Shown: piece after piece, positions 58,901 to 64,000 of the stretch
Position numbering within the stretch: position 1 is the first letter of the stretch
How the letters are laid out: every line of letters begins with the position of its first letter
DNA from: Nitrospirota bacterium
GTDB taxonomy: Bacteria; Nitrospirota; UBA9217
NCBI GenBank assembly: GCA_963663225.1
Contig: OY760142.1
Location: forward strand, 2,112,001 to 2,176,000
Direction: 5' to 3'
DNA: 64,000 nucleotides
Notes under the pieces: model-generated
Databases searched by the model: none
What the model was told of the DNA's origin: nothing
Seen by the model: the letters and a program-made list of their open reading frames with translations, nothing else
Position numbers and translations under genes: made by a program

Positions 58901-59471
58901 TGAACCGTTTTTTACCATGAAGGAAGCAGGAAAGGGCACCGGACTCGGCTTGTCGGTGGTGCATGGGATCGTAAAACAGCACAACGGATTCATATCCGTT
59001 TACAGCGAACCCGGAATAGGAACCGTATTCAAGATATACCTGCCGTTGACCGCACAGGCCTCTGAGGGACTGCCGGAAAAGGATTTCGGGAATGTCAGGG
59101 GCGGGGCAGAAATGATATTGGTTGCGGAAGACGATGCGTCACTCAGGTCACTCTCGAAAACACTGCTGGAACAGCATGGCTACACTGTGATAGGTGCAGT
59201 TGACGGAGAGGATGCCGTGCGGAACTTTTTACAGCATCGGGATGAAATAAAACTGGTCATCCTTGACTGCATCATGCCCAATAAAGGCGGCGAAGAAGCA
59301 TATAATGAGATATACCGGCTGTCCCCCGGGATGAAAGTTATTTTCCTGAGCGGCTATATAGAAGATAGTTTCGATCATATCGATTTTCCGGAGAATCAGG
59401 CACTTTTTATCCAGAAGCCGATATCACCGAACGATCTGCTCAGGAACGTGCGCGTGATACTGGATGGCTAG
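55992..59471 (+). CDS. Membrane hybrid sensor histidine kinase (TM/DUF4118-like, PAS x3, GAF, HisKA, HATPase, REC)
   Basis: GIAHDFNN H-box, NARDAM, DTGCG, FEPFFT, GTGLGL, C-terminal VAEDD...ILD..MP...KP. Confidence 0.92.
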   Translation: MDTVRKRYILRITIGYAVIAALWILLSDQLLSMFVDISSIIWLATVKGLAFILATAVLLYFALDSVPGKNGISQPGPEPIDAMPFDTFSAISETTEHMPRWIFYAFAVLLTGAMLLVRAEITVSFGDRPLLILFVLPIVLSALLGGAGPGLVSTAVSALGAAYFMSPSHSFYIAVVYDRFQWGMLIANGVIISFLSEATRRAFRRAKAMSRHLEAIVTGTPDAVYIKDATGRYQLFNEGAARLVGKPAAEIIGRDDNAIFSGEAAARLKELDRSIMESGKTQTREECLTTINRKEKVFLATKGPVFDHFGNIAGLFGISRDITDLKEADREKENALELLRLCNESATIKDLIGNLVKHFKKTTGCTAVGVRLRQGDDFPYYETQGFPDDFILLENSLCSYDENGGLIRDSTGGSALDCMCGNILRGRFDPARPFFSQRGSFWSSNTTELLASTSEQDRQGKTRNRCNSRGYESVALIPIRAAGEIMGLLQLNDRRKGRFNTAMISTLEDRVNYVGITLEKLITEQALFDSETMYRSLFENMLNGFAYCRMLFENEKAVDFIYLRVNHAFEVLTGLTDVVGKRISDVIPGIREADPQLLEMYGRVAMTGTPERFEYFLKALDMWLWVSVYSPKREHFVAVFDVINDRKKAEQEKALYQRQLELLLETAGDGIFGVDRAGKITFANQAAAILVSIPKNELIGLRSHEIFHAHRSNGAEYPWHDCPLCKTLDDGLSRFGEETYFKAHGSTFPIEFTCTAIIEAGITSGAVMMFRDITDRKKMENELRQSQKLEGIGQLASGIAHDFNNVLSAVVGFAGMLQMKLDKSDSLQHYVDQIMAAGQRGADLTQQILAFSRKQALNKKPVSLNMVIRNLEKMLHRLVREDIAILLDLSQKDLVILADTSQIEQILINLATNARDAMPKGGRLIIATERVVMDEKYIEMHGSGSPGEYVLLTVSDTGCGMDAEIRSRVFEPFFTMKEAGKGTGLGLSVVHGIVKQHNGFISVYSEPGIGTVFKIYLPLTAQASEGLPEKDFGNVRGGAEMILVAEDDASLRSLSKTLLEQHGYTVIGAVDGEDAVRNFLQHRDEIKLVILDCIMPNKGGEEAYNEIYRLSPGMKVIFLSGYIEDSFDHIDFPENQALFIQKPISPNDLLRNVRVILDG

Positions 59472-59616
59472 GCAATCCCTGGAGGCGGTTTTTTTTCGGA
59501 TGCCGACATCGGCAGAAATTTGTGCTACAATGATCATACTGCTTTGGATGCAAGTACTTCCGATGCTCTGGCATCATATATGATAAAAATATAGCGAACT
59601 GCATGGAGAATTTGGC

Positions 59617-60000
59617 ATGAATTGGCTTTCGAAATATTCCGACTCCGCGTACGCCCTGCTGCGAATCATGGCGGGGTTTATGTTCTCATTTCATGGTGTG
59701 CAGAAAGTTCTAGGTATACTTTCCGAGTTCCACCCTGCTATCGGGTCGCAGCTCTGGACCGGTGGAGTCATCGAGTTGGTCTGCGGCCTGTTGATATTGC
59801 TCGGCTTTCAGACCCGCTGGGCCGCTTTTCTGGCAAGCGGGGAAATGGTCGTGGCATACCTTCAATTCCACTGGAAATTTCAAATGGGAGCCCAGTTTTT
59901 TCCGGCGATAAACAAAGGTGAACTGGCCGTACTCTATTGTTTCATATTTCTCCTGATTGCCTGCCGCGGCGGTGTCAAATGGAGCGTGGATAAGAAATAA
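59617..60000 (+). CDS. DoxX-family membrane protein
   Basis: LLRI..G..F..HG.QK, IEL.CG....LG..TR.AA, GELA. Confidence 0.88.
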   Translation: MNWLSKYSDSAYALLRIMAGFMFSFHGVQKVLGILSEFHPAIGSQLWTGGVIELVCGLLILLGFQTRWAAFLASGEMVVAYLQFHWKFQMGAQFFPAINKGELAVLYCFIFLLIACRGGVKWSVDKK

Positions 60001-60259
60001 AAGATCTCACCCTGTTCATCCCACGGCCGCTGTCCGAATACTCTTCTCCAGAGTATCCAACCGGACGCGGTGCACGCACCTCTCTTTTTGTTCCGAAAGA
60101 GGACCTCCTTTATGTTGCAATACCCGGCAGTCTCAACAGTCAGGCAGAAATACGTGTTTTTGCACTCAAGCCATGAATCGTTCTAATTAGCATTTGAAAT
60201 GCCATTGAGCGATAACGGTTCTGATTCGGTTTTGAAATAATATTTCAAACCGCAGGTCG

Positions 60260-61303
60260 TCATGGCAAAGCCGCTTCCTTCGGCGTGGCATCGAGTTCCA
60301 GACGGTCCTGATCACGCAAAATAGTTATTGCTACTGTTTTACCGATGGGCCATTCGGACAAAAACCGGTGGATATGGTCCACGCTTGTTACCCTGTGCCC
60401 ATTGATGCCCACGATAAGATCGCCCTTTCGCAGCCCTGACTGCTCAGCAGGGCTGTCCGGCATTACAGAAATGACTTCCACCGAATTTTCCTGCGTCAAA
60501 TTATGAAAACGTACCATTCTGCGGCCGAGGGGCCGCTGCTGCGCACTGATTCCCAGATAGCCTCTGCGCACCCGTCCGTGTGTGAGCAGTTGTGAAACGA
60601 CCCATTTTGCCGTATCAGAGGGGATGGAAAAGCCGATACCCTGCGCTCCCATGATGATTGCAGTATTGATGCCCGCAATTCTGCCCCTAGAATCCACCAG
60701 CGGCCCGCCGGAATTGCCCGGGTTCAGCGGCGCCGTGTGCTGGATGATGTTCTCAATGAGCCGACCGTCCCGGCTGCGTAACGCCCTGCCGAGAGCGCTT
60801 ACCACTCCCGTGGAAACGGTCGATTGAAAACCGAATGGATTCCCGATAGCGATTATCAACTGGCCGACTTGCAGAGATGCTGATTCGCCCAGTGCGGCAA
60901 ACGGCAATTTGGCCGCTTCAGCCCTGATTACGGCTAGATCAGTGGCCGGATCAGTGCCGACGAGTGCCGCGGCATGGGTGGTGCCGTCGGTCAGTGAAAT
61001 TGTCAATTGCCGTGATGCATGGACCACATGGTCATTGGTAAGGATATAGCCGTCGGGAGCGATAATGACGCCTGAACCGGACCCTGTTTGCTCAGGTTCG
61101 TTGTTTTTCGGCAGACGGCCGGCGGAAATGCTCACAACCGCCGGCCCCACCGTATCCACCACGGTTATGACCGCCCGTGAATAGGCATCGAGAAGTTCTA
61201 CGTCGGATTTCCCCTGGTTTGTCACTTCGCAGGGGCCCTCTGCGTCCGGCACGGTCTGGGCATTATTGATCAGTCTGAGGGTCTTCTGCATTGTTTCATT
61301 CAT
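60260..61303 (-). CDS. HtrA/DegP-like trypsin serine protease with one PDZ domain (no signal peptide)
   Basis: GSGSG, ILTNDHV, DLAV, GNSGGPL, C-terminal PDZ. Confidence 0.9.
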   Translation of the reverse strand: MNETMQKTLRLINNAQTVPDAEGPCEVTNQGKSDVELLDAYSRAVITVVDTVGPAVVSISAGRLPKNNEPEQTGSGSGVIIAPDGYILTNDHVVHASRQLTISLTDGTTHAAALVGTDPATDLAVIRAEAAKLPFAALGESASLQVGQLIIAIGNPFGFQSTVSTGVVSALGRALRSRDGRLIENIIQHTAPLNPGNSGGPLVDSRGRIAGINTAIIMGAQGIGFSIPSDTAKWVVSQLLTHGRVRRGYLGISAQQRPLGRRMVRFHNLTQENSVEVISVMPDSPAEQSGLRKGDLIVGINGHRVTSVDHIHRFLSEWPIGKTVAITILRDQDRLELDATPKEAALP

Positions 61304-61322
61304 AGTGCTGTTCTCGCCTTTC

Positions 61323-61709
61323 TTATTTCATCGAATGCAATGCCAGATGGTTTCCTTCCGTGTCTTCGAAATGCGCAATGAACCCATATTGCCCGATACT
61401 TTTTTTCGGAATCACGGTGCTTCCCCCGTTGGCGTTGATTCTTCGCAGGGTCTCCTCGATGTCGTCAACACTGAAGTAGATGACGATTCCTTCGCCTGAC
61501 GGCTTGTAAATCTTCCCTTTGACGAGCATTCCGCCCGCTCCCGGAACGCCCTGTTCCATGGGGAAAAAGGCTATATTCAGTTCTTCCATATTTTCCTGGG
61601 TCAGTTTTTTATCAAACACCCTTTCGTAGAATGTTTTGGCTCTTCCCAGATCCTTTACCGGGATTTCGAACCAGTTGACAGGGTTTGTTTTTGTCATAAC
61701 GGTAGCCAT
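61323..61709 (-). CDS. VOC/glyoxalase family protein
   Basis: NWFEIPV.D..RA..FY, IYF, F.DTEGN..ALH. Confidence 0.88.
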   Translation of the reverse strand: MATVMTKTNPVNWFEIPVKDLGRAKTFYERVFDKKLTQENMEELNIAFFPMEQGVPGAGGMLVKGKIYKPSGEGIVIYFSVDDIEETLRRINANGGSTVIPKKSIGQYGFIAHFEDTEGNHLALHSMK

Positions 61710-62059
61710 AACTGCCTCCTTTGCTTGATCATGTTCGCGGAACATCGTACACTGAATACAAAACCGGTTTCATTATGATGCGATGCCATTTCTTAGTGCA
61801 TTCAGCATCGTCCGCGTATTCTTATTATAGCACTGAGGGAAATTACACGAATAAAACGCGGAAACAGAATGCTTCTGCCTGTTCCTTGAAACCTTTGTCG
61901 TAAATTCAGGGGCAACACGATTTCAGCATAAGCGCTTGGTTGACGCCGCCCAAGTAGGGTGGTATCCTTTAAAAAAGACTATAATTATCCTTTTTTATGT
62001 CCGGTGGTTGGGTGCAGGGCACAAAAAACGAAGCAGAAGGTCTTTCGAGGAGGTGCAGC

Positions 62060-63043
62060 ATGCCGGCAGCAATAAAAAATAAAGATGATTTGATTATCAC
62101 GCGTTTTTTTGACGCTCCGTGCGACCACGTATGGAAAGCTTGGTCCGAACCGGAGCGTTTTCAGCGCTGGTGGGGACCGAAACTGTTTACGGCTCCGCAC
62201 GCCAGCATAGATTTCCGGGTCGGCGGTAGATATCTCGCATGCATGCGGTCGCCTGAAGGACGGGATTTCTGGAGCACCGGCGTGTATCTTGAGATTGTTC
62301 CGGATGAGCGGATTATCTATACGGACAATTTTGCAGATGAAAAGGGCAATGTGGTCGCGGCTTCGCACTATGGGATGACCGGAGACTGGCCTGAGGAATT
62401 GCAGGTAACGGTGACGTTTGAGGATTTCGACGGGAACACAAAGATGACGTTGAGGCATGCCGGCCTTCCGTCAGGACAGATGAAAGAATTGGCGGCAGAC
62501 GGGTGGAACGGATCTTTCGACAAACTGGCTGAGAGCCTTGCGTCAGAACACAACCAGACAACCATTATAGCGGAACCGGACAAGCAAGAAATTATCTTTA
62601 CCCGGACTTTCGACGCGCCGAGAATGGTTGTGTTTAAAGCATATACAGATCCATGGCTTATTTCCGAGTGGTGGGGCCCGAAACGCTTCTCAACCATTGT
62701 GGACAGCATGGATGTGCGGGAGGGAGGCGTTTGGCGATTCATCAATCGTGATGCGTACGGCAATGAGTACGCGTTCCGCGGTGTGTATCATACGGTCCGC
62801 CAGCCTGAACGGCTTGTTTATACGTTTGAATTCGAAGGCATGCCCGACCATACGGCGCTGGAAACTGTAAGCTTCGAAGAAGATATGGATGACAAAACCA
62901 GAATGACAAGCAGGTCTGTTTACCAGTCTGCCAAGGACCGTGACGAGATGCTCAAAGCGGGAATGCAGGAGGGAGTGGTCGAGACCATGGACCGCCTTGC
63001 CGAACTTTTGGCTAAGTCTACTATCCTGAAAAAAGCGGCGTAA
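62060..63043 (+). CDS. Tandem SRPBCC/AHSA1 domain protein
   Basis: Two 'TR.FDAP...V.KA...P....WWGP' domains. Confidence 0.88.
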   Translation: MPAAIKNKDDLIITRFFDAPCDHVWKAWSEPERFQRWWGPKLFTAPHASIDFRVGGRYLACMRSPEGRDFWSTGVYLEIVPDERIIYTDNFADEKGNVVAASHYGMTGDWPEELQVTVTFEDFDGNTKMTLRHAGLPSGQMKELAADGWNGSFDKLAESLASEHNQTTIIAEPDKQEIIFTRTFDAPRMVVFKAYTDPWLISEWWGPKRFSTIVDSMDVREGGVWRFINRDAYGNEYAFRGVYHTVRQPERLVYTFEFEGMPDHTALETVSFEEDMDDKTRMTSRSVYQSAKDRDEMLKAGMQEGVVETMDRLAELLAKSTILKKAA

Positions 63044-63135
63044 AAAACAGGTGTATTATACTCGTCGGAGCGGCGTGAGATATGCGAGAAGGCGACCCCT
63101 CAGCGCCGCATTCTTTGGATCGTCAGAGTAGGGAA

Positions 63136-63474
63136 CTATTTGCAGTTGTGCCAGACGTTGCAGCCGCCTGACTTAGTTGTATCGTAGTTTTTTTTTGCAT
63201 AGCAGCTGCAGTTGCAAAGGTTCAGGTTCGGCGCGGTCCGTGGGCAGCAGTAATATTTGCCGGGGGCGCATCCGGTATTAAAACCGCAGTTCAGATTGCT
63301 GCCGCAGGGATTGGCTGCCAGGAGATAGGTACCTTGGGAAGAAGCTTCGGCTTCCGCCTGCGAACAGAGAAACGGCGCCGTCTGGTCGTTTTTCAGGTCT
63401 TCCCCGATTGCTATACCGCAGAATGCCACTATGCAGAGTGAAACAACTACCGCAATCTTGCCGTACCGATGCAT
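63136..63474 (-). CDS. Secreted cysteine-rich small protein
   Basis: RBS GGAGG, signal peptide, acidic linker, 10 Cys in the last 58 aa. Confidence 0.7.
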   Translation of the reverse strand: MHRYGKIAVVVSLCIVAFCGIAIGEDLKNDQTAPFLCSQAEAEASSQGTYLLAANPCGSNLNCGFNTGCAPGKYYCCPRTAPNLNLCNCSCYAKKNYDTTKSGGCNVWHNCK

Positions 63475-63745
63475 GTGCGCCTCCTTCCGGAAATGTTCGT
63501 GTCCGCCATTGCTGCAGAGAATATAGAATGGATCATATAGCGTTGCACATTCACCGTCAAGAGATATTTATGGAATGGACGGTAGTTTAGCGAAATTTCT
63601 GCTTAGTATCCTATTCACGCCTGATTTTAAAATGCTTTGACAACCCATTCAAACATCCTTGACAAGCGGCAGGATATCCATAATAATCATCAAAATATTT
63701 GATCTTAGGCCCGATTTCCTGTCGGTTTCCGGATTGTCGCATCGT

Positions 63746-64000
63746 ATGGGCATAAAAAAAACTAAAAGCGGAGTACCTGTTCTGCTGATCCTGCTGATTC
63801 TCCTCCTCTGGGGATGCAGCGGCAAGAATGATGCTGCGCCCCTTGCGCGTCAGGGCGTGGTCAACCTTTCCGCAGCGGATATGACGCACTCCGCTCCCGT
63901 GCGACTCGACGGTGAATGGCAATTTTACTGGGATCGCCTGCTCGCACCGAAGGATTTTCGCGGCCCTCAGGCTCCGGCGGTTACGGGGTTTCTCACGCTT
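63746..64000 (+). CDS. 5' part of a 7TM-DISM-type sensor (extracellular sugar-binding-like domain), partial
   Basis: MGIKK..LLILLILLLWGC...ARQGVVNL...VRLDGEWQFYW; runs off the window end. Confidence 0.65.
   Translation, partial: MGIKKTKSGVPVLLILLILLLWGCSGKNDAAPLARQGVVNLSAADMTHSAPVRLDGEWQFYWDRLLAPKDFRGPQAPAVTGFLTL

Overview
A ~50% GC bacterial chromosomal window with no rRNA, tRNA, CRISPR array or intact mobile element visible. The gene content (DUF4388 proteins, PilT, decaheme porin-cytochrome, DUF362, a selenoprotein) suggests an anaerobic or microaerophilic diderm of the Nitrospirota/Desulfobacterota type, but this is inference only. It carries about 55 CDS: GH57, msrAB, a sigma54-preceded glcDEF-like operon, hpt-pyrE-pyrF, an Fe-S D-lactate dehydrogenase, an FGE-like gene plus mtrA/mtrB-like pair, an RpoD-like sigma factor, pncA-pncB, typA, wrbA, pilT and a hybrid histidine kinase, among others. 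The strongest observations are: (1) a cytoplasmic YkuD (ElsL-like) domain fused to a MurC/Mpl ligase, a candidate one-chain peptidoglycan trim-and-religate enzyme; (2) a selenocysteine MsrA (G-UGA-FW with a SECIS-like hairpin) that the ORF track splits in two; (3) a dispersed ~50-nt intergenic motif in 2-3 copies, one within a promoter-driven structured leader; (4) a His-lined beta-propeller fused to a type-1 copper domain; (5) a J-domain protein with MshEN-like repeats; (6) a secreted 10-Cys pre-pro-peptide; (7) MtrAB without MtrC. All family assignments come from motif recognition by eye; no database searches were run.
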